Source of the DNA: Podarcis liolepis
Lineage: Eukaryota
DNA length: 64,000 bases
Reading direction: 5' to 3' (one strand)
Assembly: GCA_965112155.1 (NCBI GenBank)
Contig: OZ218099.1
A program made the position numbers and the translations under genes. Numbering within the stretch: the stretch's first letter is position 1; every line of letters begins with the position of its first letter. This document shows, piece after piece, positions 11,591 to 24,400 of the stretch. The notes beneath the pieces were generated by a model. It did not search any database. It was given only the letters and a program-made list of their open reading frames with translations, and was not told the DNA's origin.

Positions 11591-13218
11591 TGTTCAGTAG
11601 AAGCTTGTTAATGGAAGGTTTGTAATACATGTTTCGTTAGAAGTAAGTTTCAGAGTTCAGAGTAGCTTGATCCCAAGAATTGCCAGGTGGGGGATGCTGA
11701 ACTTTTTCCATTCCTGCCTGCTCCGTTCTGTAGCCCTTGCCTTGGCAACAAGAGTAGTGTATGGTACAGTATAACCTGGGTACTGCCTACTTGCCTCTGT
11801 AATGCACATCCTTGCCACCCAAGCTGGTTTTCTACTTCTATCTCCTAGCCAGACGCCAACAGGAGAAGAAATCTGGAAAAACAGGGTGGAGTTATCCTTC
11901 TGCAGAGATTAATTTGTGTTTGTAAAAAGGATTAAGTACACTACTGCTCCTGCATATGAGTAATCCAGAAGGCATTGAGTTTTGCTAGTATAAAATGTAG
12001 TTCTGTGTCCTGTCACCATTTCAACTTTTGGAGATCCCCACTCTGACCCGCTTATTTCAATATAAATCTCACTTCCTGTGCTTTGTTACAAAGAGGTGCA
12101 TTTAGTCATATTTATAAGTTTCGTACAGTTAACACATTTGAGGGTTCTGTGATAGATTATTAAAAAGAGATTTGACAGTTCTAATTACGATGCTCTTGCC
12201 TCCTACTGATCATGATCATAATTCTTTATCACTATGACTCTTAGTATTAAAACTTATCATTTTGAAAGAACTGAGGCATTCTTAGAATAACTTCAGGAAA
12301 CATCTGTTCTTGATGAATCACATCTGTATTTTCTGGCAATTTTTTTAAATAAAAAATTATTCTGGAGTTTAAACTGTTCCCCTGCATGAAGACTTGATCA
12401 CACCCATTTTCATACTATCTGAGTATATATGTTGTGTGTTGGCTACACAACACTATTTTAAAGAAAAAAGGCCTGAATAAGAGATCTTAGTTGAACTTGA
12501 AATATTTAGGAACTAATAAGATTTTCTTAATAACTCACAAAGTTCTGTAATACGCATAATAATCAAACAATTATGCATTCTCACTACCCTGATATTGAAA
12601 CGTCAAATGATTAATTGGGTATTTTCAATTAAATAAATAATGAAAATTTCAAGAAAAGGAAGGGAATTACAGCAAACAAAATATTTAAATCTTCGCTGTT
12701 TAACTTAGGTCTTTGACGCTTACCTGGTTTCCTTGTGCTGTATTTCACACATTTTTGGAGATGTGGTTAAATTTTTGCTCTCAAATTCATCATCAACAAG
12801 GAGACCAAATCTAGTTCCATGTGATTCAAGCGATCACACAGAGCAAGCTGTTGATTGTGGTATTTTGATTACTGTAGATGAAAGCCAGTTTGACAAATCC
12901 ATGCAAATAATTACTTGTGTTTTATGAGAAGAAAATAAACACTGTATCAGCAGGGATCATAAAGAGAAACATAATATGCCAGGAAACCTTCACACATTCA
13001 AATGTAGCTTTAAGTCTTTCACACCTCCCTCAGCTGGGGGATAATTTACAAAATTTCCTAAGGACACTTCTGTTTTTTCTGTCCAACTAGAGAATTTCCC
13101 CTTTCTCTAAGATGTTCTGCTGTGTTTAGTACTGACCACAGTGCTTATCATACCATATAGGCAGTTATTCCAGTTCTTTGGCTCCTTGCATGCACTGAAG
13201 CTGTACTCCATAAACAGC

Positions 13219-13261
<43 letters not shown>
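13219..13261. repeat. (GTT)n microsatellite
   Basis: about 14 units. Confidence 0.95.
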
Positions 13262-13596
13262 CACAGTCGTGTCGTGTCTTGTGTGGGTGTTAGGTTCTAT
13301 TGGTGGTGATGATGGGGAGCGGTTACTGCATAAAGCCAAAATTGTGTCAAAAACCACTCCAAGGAACAGCTACTGTGCGAACAATCTTACTTTTTGGCAC
13401 AAGAGTTTCCCAGAACAGTAAGCAAGGCAGAGAGCTAAAAAGTGTTTTCCGTTGCAGGAAAACCTGGTGTGCAAAGAACTGTTTAGCTCTCTGCCTTGCA
13501 TTTGTGTGATATCAGCTGGTTTGCCACCAAGCGCAGAAAGTTGTGACCCTACAAGTTAAATGCGCAGCAGCTGCGATCCTACTGTGTTTCCATGTA

Positions 13597-13837
13597 CAGT
13601 GGTACCTCGGGTTAAGTACTTAATTTGTTCCGGAGGTCCGTTCTTAACCTGAGACTGTTCTTAACCCAAAGCACCACTTTAGCTAATGGGGCCCCCTCTG
13701 CTGCTGCGCTGCCGGAGTATGATTTCTGTTCTCATCCTGAAGCAAAGTTCTTAACCCGAGGTACTATTTCTGGGTTAGCGGAGTCTGTAACCTGAAGCGT
13801 ATGTAACCTGAAGTATATGTAACCTGAGGTACCATTG
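13597..13837 (+). mobile_element. Tc1/mariner-type MITE (CAGTGGTACCTC family)
   Basis: TA|cagtggtacctc ... gaggtaccattg|TA. Confidence 0.9.
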
Positions 13838-14515
13838 TATGGACCACTTGATAGCTTTAGCTCTTGAAGTGGGTTACAGTAGCTACACTTGCATAATACA
13901 TACCCACAATAAGAGCAATAAAAACAATGTAAAATTATTTACATTAAAAATACATGAACAGTATCCATAATAACCATATCAGGAAAGTCGCAAAGCATTA
14001 CAAGGCAGAAAAATGTAGACTCCCTAACCAACATAAAACACACTGTTCATGTAGCCACTCATCCAACCACACTCTCACTATCTGTTCCCATAACCACTAT
14101 GATCATTCACTCCTTCATATGGTACCTCTAGCAAGCAGCCACTCATGGGCAAACCACTCACTCTCAACATAATTACAACCCACATACCAAGGATTGCTGC
14201 CATATAAGAGTGTCTTTCCATCACTGAAGAACTAATGGACTTATGCCCCACAGGATCATCAATACTCTTCTCACATCTTTCACTTGGGAGTGGCTCAGTT
14301 CTATGCCACAACAATCTCTGATGGTTGAACAAGCTGCATAATGTGATGGTGCATCAAAAACACATATTGCCCCTTTAATAGGCATGTGAAATACAATCAA
14401 AGGTACTGTTTCACAGTGTGCTGTTACTAGTATTCCTATAATTCATCCCTACTCTGTTTGATTTTGTGGTTTACTATTAATGTGTAATAATACTTTCCTT
14501 CTTTTTTCTTCTCAG

Positions 14516-14585
14516 CTTTGGCAAGCAGTCTGGAGGAAAACGAGGTTGCGAGTGTATTGTATTGGAGCCTTCTGAAATGATTGTG
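14516..14585 (+). CDS. RAPGEF6: RAPGEF6 exon 5 (70 nt, FGKQSGGKRGCECIVLEPSEMIV)
   Basis: long pyrimidine tract ending ctcag|, donor |gtaagg; human FGKQFGGKRGCDCLVLEPSEMIV; phase 2 to 0. Confidence 0.96.
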
Positions 14586-15194
14586 GTAAGGATAGACTTT
14601 TAAAAACCAGTGTGCATAGTCCCCCTTGAAATAGTCATGTTCACTTTGGCTGCAGTTCTAGAGAATTCTATCACAAATCTTACCATGGCTACCATCAATG
14701 AGTGGTGTGCTAGTGCATATTGCTGAAGCACTCCTGTCTTGCTCTGCATTTTCCAGAAACAGGAGCAACAAACCCGGAAACAGGAGCAACAAACCCATGA
14801 GTCTTGACTTACTCTGTGGGGTGTTCCTCTCCTGACTATGGTAATAAACCAAGGTTTGTTCTTGGCTTACTGGGGGCAGCTTGTTTGGCAGAAACAAACT
14901 AGGAGTGCTAGTTTGTTGCTGCCAGCACCAAGAAGGAGAAAGTGAAATGGGGGTAATTTAATAGTGTGCACTTAGCACACTGCTAATTCATGGTAACCCA
15001 AGATTTATGGCTTACTGTGACGTATGATCTGAGTGACTGTTATCTTCTTAATGAATGCTTCCCTATCATTATGGATACCATGCTCAATATGTCTCAGCTA
15101 AACTGTTTGTGTGTTTGCTGCAATATGGCACTACTGGCCCACAATCCTGTTATGTTCTACAGGTATTCTGATATCTTTTCTCTTTTCTCTAAAC

Positions 15195-15439
15195 CATGGG
15201 TAGGCAAACTAAGGCCCAGGGGGCAGATTAGGCCCAATCACCTTCTAAATCCGGCCCGTGGACGGTTCGGGAATCAGCATGTTTTCTTCATTAGAATGTG
15301 TCCTTTTATTTAAAATGCATCTCTGGGTTATTTGTGGGGCCATAGAAATTTGTTCAATCCCCCCCAATATAGTCCGGGCCCCCACAAGGTCTGAAGGACA
15401 GTGGACTGGCCCCCGGCTGAAAACGTTTGCTGACCCCTG
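15195..15439. mobile_element. hAT non-autonomous element
   Basis: catgggtaggcaaac ... gtttgctgacccctg TIRs; approximate 8-bp TSD ntctaaac. Confidence 0.7.
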
Positions 15440-18400
15440 TGAGTCTAAACGGATAACTAATGTTCCTCTGCTTTAGCTAACTTCTGATGTTATTTAATTT
15501 TATTCTGTTTTTGTTATTCATTAGTACATGTATGTTAGCCGCCCCCAAACTGATGCCCTCCAGCCAGAGTCAGCATGGTTAATGGTCAGAGATGACCTCA
15601 AGGTCAAGGGTACCAGGCTGGTGGAGGCTGACACACCTAGCGCTTCATAACTTCTATTTGCTTTGGAACTTGTAAAATGTCATATATCTTTGTGTAGTCT
15701 GAGAGATGTGTGTGCGCATGTATGCATGTGTACACTTAACTTGGGAATTGAAGCAAGACATCTTGACCACTTTGAAATATTTAAAAAGATACTGAAATGG
15801 AATTCTACAGCACATTCACTGAGTGTGGGCAGGAACTTCCCATCTGCAGTACTGTATAGAAAAATGGATTAAGCTGCTAAACTGTAAGAGCAGTTCAGAA
15901 ATAAAATACCCTCATTTCTCTGGATCTTAATCTCTATTTTATAAAGAGCTTTGCTTAAAAAAAAGCCTTTCATTTTTAAAAACCTAAGATATGGCTTATG
16001 GAACCTGAGCTTTTGAAGTTGTTTTAATGCTTACTGCCCAGTGCTGATGCTTTGAGATATACCTATGACCTATTATTTTCTTTTTTTTGCCTCCTTTTGT
16101 GTTTTGCCAGAAAGTTTAGGTTAAAGCTGGATCATGTAAGATGTTACTGAAAATATCAACCGCCTTATTTTTTCTGTGGCTGTATTGTTAGCGACATTTA
16201 CATGGAATATTGCCTTTGTATGGGTCACTTTAAGCCATTTCTTCCTTGAACTCAAATCTGTTACAGCAGTCACCATATTTTTTTGGTCATTTGTGGGGTT
16301 TTTTTGGTATTACTCTTTGATCCAGCCTTTTGATTCTTGGATATATTTCTTGTCTGCATCTGTAACGGAGAGGAATGAGCCCATAAATTTTGATGTTGTC
16401 TCTTGGAAATGTGCTCCTTTTTGTTCTGAAAGTAATTGCGCACAGTGGGAAGATAGGATGCATTTCTTAGATTGGGTTTTTATTTCTATCACTTTTTAAT
16501 ACCAACATATTAAAAGTCATGGTGGCTTTCCTTTGGCAACCTGGCGTTCTGATTACTCCTCACAGATGGCTTCTGCTACCGTCATACGCAAACACTTCTT
16601 TGTTTCTTTTGGGGAGCAACTTGTAGTTGCTCTGTTTGCAGCACTGAAGGATGCAAAATGCAGACTGCTATCCCCCTGACCCCCCAGCCCTCAGAAGGCA
16701 GGGAAAGTAGCACAGAAGGTTGCCATAACTGTTGTGCTGAGGGAACAGTATTAATGTCTTGGTTTAATTGATTGTATTGCAAGCCACTCTGAGAGCCTTT
16801 TTTGGCTGAAGTATGGGGTACAAATGCACTAAACAAATAAAATATTTCTTTTGCTCTCTGTATGCATTCTGACCTTAAAAGTAAGAGGAATGGGAAGTAA
16901 TACTGGGTGACACATTGGGCTCACTATCAGACTGAATGCATGGCTCTTTCAGACTTTGATTCAAGCAGGGTGGGGTTGGAGAGGGGAACTTTTTTCTCTC
17001 AAGGACTGCATTTAGGCTGGGTGGCAGGGTTCCATGCCATCGGTGGGCAGGGCCCAAGCAAAATTGTTTTCTTTTCTCCCTGCCACCTCTCCCCTCCTTT
17101 TTTTTACTTGCTTGTCACCTGCATGAAATTAGACCTAGCACCACAGGTTGCCCACCCTTGGCTTAAACAATGGAGCTTTGCCATCTAGGCTTACAACTTT
17201 GCATAGCACATTTTGCCACCTGGATGCCTATTGAGGCAACTAGTGCAATTGAATACATTTACCCTTGATTTTGGTTGCCATTGCTAATGGCCCATTTTTA
17301 GAATTGTTGCGGCTACTGCTATGTCCTTTGCTGTCTTTGTTTTTAGAAATGTTATACTGTTGCTTTATTCTGCTGTATGATTTCAGCTTTCTTGTATGGA
17401 ATGTTTTATTGGTTAGTTTTTGTTAAATTTGGAAGTTACTCTGCCTAAGAAGCATTGTAGTATAGAAAGCAAGAGAAATTGTCAACAAAAGCTGTTTGTT
17501 ATAGAGATTTCTCAGTTCCTTTGACTGTATTTTTCAACTGCATAGTGCTGGCAATATCTGAAGGAAGCAGGTGGGCGTAGTTACTATAGTTCCTGCTAGC
17601 AGTTCATTGTATTTGCCTTTTGGGTAACAAACACACTTAACCTTTTGCTTTCATAGTATTCAGCCTGTGTTGTGTATAAAAAAAACCTTGTTTCAACTGG
17701 AAAACTGCTTTGCATAGGTCCATAATTTCCTAAAAAACTATGATATATTTCCACTTGTGAACAGAATAATAGTGCTTGATTGTGAAGGTACTGAGAGTCC
17801 ACAGTTCTTACTGAAAAACCTATGAGCTTAAGATATTTTTAGTCTTTCAAAGGGTTTGGGCTACATGGCAATGGCATTTCCTATTCAGATAGTAAAGTAC
17901 TAGAAGTTGTTTTGGGGATTCTAGATTTGGTGAACTACAGAGTGAGCTTGGAGAAAATGTTTTGATATATATTGGTGATTGCCAAGCTTTTTGGCTGTCA
18001 GGGACAAATGCAAATAAGAGATGCTGTCTTGGGTACCCCCGCCCCCAAATAACCCACCATACACCACAGCCTATTTTAGCTACAATAGAATTCTTCTCTC
18101 AAGCCTATTTTCAGCAGGGGATTAAGAACCTGCAGGTGCCATGGAAGGCCTCTGTGGCACCTCTACTATATACAAACAATGAACTCATTTCACAAGTGCC
18201 AGTCTTTGTGCCTTATAACGCATCATAAGCACAAAAAAGGAACATACCAGCAGGCTTGAAGAATAATAGACTTGAAAAAGTGTGTGTGTGTTGTAATGTG
18301 TATGATCCGTGAAGTGTAGTAACCTGTACTTTGTAATCTCTTACATACTTTTTAAAAAACTTTGTACTCAGTCGTCACTACCAGAACAGCTTCTGGCATG

Positions 18401-18451
18401 AGATAATGACATCATCGTACTGTGCAAAATCACAGCTAAAGTATTTGTAAA

Positions 18452-18460
18452 TATAATAAC

Positions 18461-18507
<47 letters not shown>

Positions 18508-18926
18508 TAATAATAATAATTTATTATTTATACCCCGCCCATCTGGCTGGGTTTCCCCAGCCACTCTGGGTGGCTTCCAAAAGAATATTAAAATACTGTG
18601 ATACATCAAACATTAAAAGCTTCCCTAAACAGGGCTGCCTTCAGATGTCTTCTAAAAGTCTGGTAGTCGTTGTTCTCTTTGACATCTGGTGGGAGGGTGT
18701 TCCACAGGGAGGGTGCCACTACCGAGAAGGCCCTCTGCCTGGTTCCCTGTAACTTGGCTTCTCGCAGTGAGGGAACCGCCAGAAGACCCTCGGTGCTGGA
18801 CCTCAGTGTCCGGGTAGAACAATGGTGGTGGAGACGCTCCTTCAGGTATACTGGACCGAGGCCGTTGAGGGCTTTAAAGGTCAGCACCAACACTTTGAAT
18901 TGTGCTCGGAAATGTACTGGGAAACG
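18452..18926 (-). mobile_element. Young L2-clade LINE 3' end with (TTA)n tail
   Basis: ORF 18606-18944: FKVLVLTFKALNGLGP..LRS..RAFSVVAPSLWNTLP..F...LK, typical L2 ORF2 C-terminus; a short 3' copy sits at about 19103-19168. Confidence 0.9.
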
Positions 18927-20288
18927 TAATATGAAGACAGTCAAGTGCCTTTGCTTGCTCGGTGCACAAACAGCTGAAAAAGATAAGAATCAGAAGAAAA
19001 CAAATAAGAATCATGCCAGTGACTAGGAATGAATATAATTTTTGTAATCATTTTCTACATTCCATGTAGAAATATTCTTATAACTACATAAACACATCTA
19101 AAACAACAATAATTTTATTATTTATACCCCACCCATCTGGCTGGGTTTCCCTAGCCACTCTGGGCGGCTACATTTCTTCAGATATATTGTTCCTCAAATA
19201 ACTATTATAAATATTTTTTGGTACAGCCTACCCATACTTTAAGGTCCATTGATTTCAGTGAGAGAAATTTAAGTAGCTGCTTTAATCTCCTTTGAAATCC
19301 ATTGAAATTTATTGTGCACAAGCTTGATAGGCTTCTACCCTTGCTGAATGATCTAATTCTTTCAAATATTGATACCTGTATGAGTTGTGTGTTTTTCAGT
19401 GCAGTGGATCACTTGCATTGGTAGACGAGGATCGTAAGACCTTTTCCAGTTTGAAAATGAACCTTCTATAAGTGTTTTAAGTGCAAATGTTCCTCGCTAA
19501 TTTCTCAGTTCTTTTTACATGCCAGCCAGTTGCAGTGATAAACTAATTCCTTCCCTTGGTACACACTTACATGTAATATACAGTTGAAATACTGAATAGA
19601 CACTGTTGCCACTTGTTTCTTGTATATATGTGTCTGTCTGTGTTGTTTCCTGCTGAGATTTCAAAAGGAAATGTGAAGATAGGACTTGCTTTTTATAGAC
19701 TAAATGATCATGAAGGGCAGTAAGCTTTCAGCCTGAACTACTGTAATATGGTTCAAAATGTTGTTTCAAAAAGTTAGCCTTGTCACATTATAGCTGCAGC
19801 TAAGGTTTTAACAATCTGATCTATGGAGCACCAGGACTTTTTTTAAAAAAAGTGTTTTGCTGCATGATTTTGAGGTATTGGAACATTGGTGAGTGGAAGA
19901 GAGCAAATTGTGTATGTTGAGGTTGTAGTTTAATATGTAACTATCAAACTGACAACTTTTACCCTGTGACTATGCAACTGTTTTAATTTTAAACAGTCTG
20001 AGTTCAATGAATAGTTTTTTTATTGCTGGTAAGGTAGTCTTGCTTAGTTTAGGGGGGGGGGAGCTCTTTCCGGGAAGGAAATTGTGGCCTTCCAGCTCAT
20101 TGTAATAACTCTGCTGAAGACGTGTAGCTCTAGTTTCAGGATCTTGCAATAGGCTGCCTTCAGATAAACTTCCCCAGACGTTACTAGCTCACGTTGAGCT
20201 TTTTCTCATGAGTTTTTTAAGATTACACAGACTTTCAATGATATGGAAGAATTGGATGTTTAATCAGGATCCTGAACATGTGTTCCAG

Positions 20289-20432
20289 GTGGATAACTTG
20301 AAAGAGAATGAAGACAACATCCTGCAAAGGGAAGTGCCCCTCCGACAATCTCGACGGAGGTTTAGGAAGATTAACCAGAGGGGAGAACGTCAGACCATCA
20401 CAGATAACGTGGATGTTAGCAGCTATCTTTCG
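20289..20432 (+). CDS. RAPGEF6: RAPGEF6 exon 6 (144 nt, VDNLKENEDNILQREVPLRQSRRRFRKINQRGERQTITDNVDVSSYLS)
   Basis: ttccag| and |gtgagt; RQSRRRFRKIN motif; C-terminal end (SYLS) is RAPGEF6-like rather than RAPGEF2-like. Confidence 0.96.
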
Positions 20433-21289
20433 GTGAGTGTACTTATTTCCATGTTCCAACCTGTTTGTCTGGGGCTTGCTCTTTCTGTGGGAAATATTGA
20501 TGAAGTCAGAGATGAAGAAGTCGATAAAATTTACAAAGGTGATTTTGTTGGACTTAGAGTTGTAGATGGCTATTTAGGAGTTGACTGTGATGCAGCTGTA
20601 GCCTTTAAAGAATCATGCTAATGTACTATCCGTTGGTGAAGACTACTCCAGACCAAATCACTCTGTGGTCACATTTAGTAAGTTTAGACTGAGACTGATC
20701 AACTGGAGTTGTGTTCAGATGCATTTTCTGGTAGCCCAGCTGCTACCAAAACTCCAGATATTTAGTATGATTAATTATTTGTTGGACTCTATTATGCATC
20801 ATCTCAGTTTTTTCTAGGTGTTTAGCAATCTCCATTACAAAAGGTTTAGGGCTGCTAACCAAAGCACACACATATATAAACTTTGATTTAAAGTATAATT
20901 TGAGTAGGTTCTCATCCACTTTTTGTCAGCCTAACTCTGAATACCAAAAGATTGATCACAGACAACTGTTCAGAATGTTTAAGCTTCAATTTTGGATTTA
21001 TTTATTTTTTAAAAGAAGACATGGACATATTTGCATCCTCTTCCCTATTTCATTCAGGCTGTAAATGAAGGGGATCTGTAGGAAACAAGCCTCAGGCTGC
21101 TGCTTGGTGTGCCTATAGGGTAGAATCAGCCCAAATCAGGAAGAGCTGTCTTGTGCGAGTGGATGCCTCCCTTGGGGATTCCTTGCTTCACACTGTAGCC
21201 TCACTGTTACAGAGCAATCCTAAACTCTGGACAGTGTTTTGGGGCTGAGTACGGGACAGAGAAGGGAGAGAACAATATTGGTTGATACC

Positions 21290-21437
21290 ATTTGCTTGAA
21301 ACCGCAGGAGGGGAGAGTTCTCCTGACCAAGGGACCTGCTTGCAAGCTTACCACAGGCATTGGTTGGCCACTGTGAGAACAGGATGCTGGATTTAGATGG
21401 TCCATTTGCCTGATCCAGCAGGCTCTTCTTATATTCA
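21290..21437 (+). mobile_element. CR1-type 3' fragment
   Basis: ggttggccactgtgagaacaggatgctgga...tgatccagcaggctcttcttat. Confidence 0.65.
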
Positions 21438-24400
21438 TGTGCTGTGTTCTGCTTGGACAACCATGGGAAAAAAGCATGCGCACCCACAATAATTGATCCC
21501 ACCTTTAGGCAGAGTTTTATCTTTATTACAGTTGTGATAACGGTAGGATCAAAAATGTTCTTTGAGTGCAATCCTATTCTTTCTGGGAGTAAGTTCCATG
21601 GAACTCTTTTGAGTAGACATATAGAGATTTACTCCATACTTGCATGCTGACATAAAATTATTTGATATCGGTGGTAAAAATTATTACAATAAGTAATTGT
21701 AATTATTAAAGTAAGTAACTCAGATGATAACATAATAAATTGTGACTGGTAGGGAGAATTTGTTGCTTGTTTTGAGAGTTCTAGGGAAAGACTTTTTTGT
21801 TTAAAATGTATAATCCTTGAAAAAGATTGGTGTAGTGAATACAGTACTGTGGTAATTTTAAATGAATTGAAGTGCATATTTCAGGTATATTTTCACTGAA
21901 AAAGGAAAAAAATGTTTTCATATTTGCCTTTAATATAAAATATATAGTAATTAACTTCAGAATATTGGCCGTATGCTCTTGTACAAGAGTTACTGTAAAA
22001 GCAGGAAAAGATGATAATTGTGATACTAATTAGGAATTGTCTGCGATACTTCCATTATTTTTGATAGTGAATGTATGAATATCCTTAAACACATCCTTCA
22101 ATCAGATTGACATGTTCTTGCACTTGGGACGTATTTAATGTTTACAGGCTGTGTATTCATTTTCCCAGTATGTAAAGTAATAGCTGTTTCAGATCTTTTC
22201 CCTCTTTTATTTATCAGTCAGTCTTGTATTGTATCTTTCTATCAAGGGGCACAGGGTAATTTACCTGTTTGTTTAAAAAAATGTCAGCATAAGAAGTCAG
22301 TGAAGCATAAGCCTATGGGAATTTGAACTTTGGATTAATGTACTCAAGGCAGAAAGATGAGATTTCCCTTTTTGCAGTAATTGAGGGAATCTTACAGTTT
22401 TGGTCAAGTTGAGGCTCTTCTGTATATTCTACCTGAGACTATACCATTTTATGTTGGGCAGTTATTTAGCCCAGTGGTGATGGGGAAGGATTCCCCCTTC
22501 CCGGTAAATAGCTCCCCACTGTTGCAGACATCTGAGAGACCAAACAACCAGCAGATGATTCTTTTCCTGTTACTAAGGAACTAACTCTAGTTTTGTGTGG
22601 GATGCATTTAACCAGGATGTGAATTTTTCTTTTATTAATTTAAAATTGATTTAGCAAGGACTTGCCATTGGAAAATGCTAATCATTCCACAACAAGGACT
22701 TATCTGGTTTCAGTTCCCATATTAAATACATTGCAAATTGTCCTGCTGGGAAACCAGCAAGATGTCCTTTATGCTCAAGTACTGTTTAGACCAGTAGCTT
22801 TTATATACCAGAATTTTAATTTCTCGTAAGTTTACTTTCATCTTTTTAATGCATTCATCTCCTATTAAATTGATATATTATTGTGAGCTTCACCCAACCC
22901 TAACAAAAGATACCCAAGAATAGGATAGGGAATCTCAGACTCAGGGGTCTAATGGCTGGCTCTCAAGCACCAGTCACTGCAATTTTTAGTCTTACATTTC
23001 CCATTGACCCCACTCATCAAATGGTTTGACTTGGCTGGAATGGTACTGTGAAAAAGCCTCTTGCTTGCCTAGATGGTTTCTCTTGCTGAAAGGCAGCCTA
23101 CAATGCAAAACATATTTTGCCTCTGGTTGCACCCACTAGTTGAAAGGTTCCCCATGAGGGAATGCAAACCCAATAAAAAAAAAAGGGGTTTTCCCCACTC
23201 CTACTGTGAACCATACCTTCAAGTAGTTTGTTATGATATCATGAAATACTGTAGTAATTCAGTAACTGCTCTCTGATTTTCCCATCCCTGAAGTTTCGGG
23301 CAGTTTGTTTCAATCTGCCTAGAATGTCTTGCTCTCAGTTTAACCGCTTGAAAAGAGCTGGTATCTCACTTCTCATCTGTGTGAGATGAAGACTTGGGTA
23401 AAGCAAAATAGCTCTTCGTCTCCTTTTTAAAAAAATAACGTTTGCTAGCTCTCCAAAGTCCCTTTCATCCATCTTACTCTTTGTTATCTGATGTTCTTTG
23501 CTCATGAATGTACCTGGGCTCAAACATGTAATCAGAAAGGACTTCAGTGGATACTGGTTAGTTCAGCAGTCAATCTTCTGTTCTTGTTTTGTTTTTTGGT
23601 AGGGGAGCTAAGCAAATATGTCTGACAGTTGTTTGGTCTCTTATTTTGTGGTTTGTATTAATGCTTCAGTCAGATGATTGTTAACCTTGTTAGCAGAAAG
23701 AAGCTGTGACTGCGGTGAATTAATTTCCTGAACAGTCTAGATACAGTAGTAAGCTACTTCTGTATGCCATCTATGAACATGTAATTTACTGCTTCATTTG
23801 CTACCTTGGTACTTGCAGGAAAAAGATGTTTGTCTGGAGCTTATACAGAGAATTGCAATATATTGTACAGGAATGCTGCAAAATTCTGTGATGGGGTTTT
23901 TTGTGTGTGGAGGAATTCCTTGAACTTTAGTCAGGCTCATTTAGCAAGATGTGTGGAAGACTGATAGTCATATCTGTCATAGAGTGCTGTTAAGCGATGT
24001 TGTCAACTGTTACAGGAAGCTGCTTCTCTGGCTGAATGCCTGGTTAGTACCTCAAAGGGAGCATAACAGGCATAAGATGGCATCCAAAAGAACAGCATGA
24101 AGAACCAGGCAAACTAAACTCCCTGGTGAGGTGACAAGGAATTGTCTCTTCTGATTTCTTGTTCTAGTTTTATATCTAAAGGAATATAAAATTATTTTGA
24201 TGCAGCTTTGATTTATTATGACCTAAGCCTTTCATTTCTGTCTCTAAAGTATCGTAGTGCACACCTTTTCCTCTTAGAAACTAACATGATATTTTCAATT
24301 TTAAAATGTGGCTAATGTTACTCAATGTATATTCTTAATTTAGTGGGCCACTTGGCATGAAATGCTAAGCTAGACTATAGTTTAGCATGATCAAACACGT

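Noticed and set aside
20433-20621. ORF-track extension of exon 6 to 137 aa
   Set aside because: Homology stops at the gtgagt donor (20433); the rest is intron read-through.
23871-23890. cag|GAATGCTGCAAAATTCT (ECCKI), resembling the RAPGEF2 ECTKSQ segment
   Set aside because: The only nearby GT gives a 17-nt out-of-frame exon with a poor donor, and the pyrimidine tract is weak.
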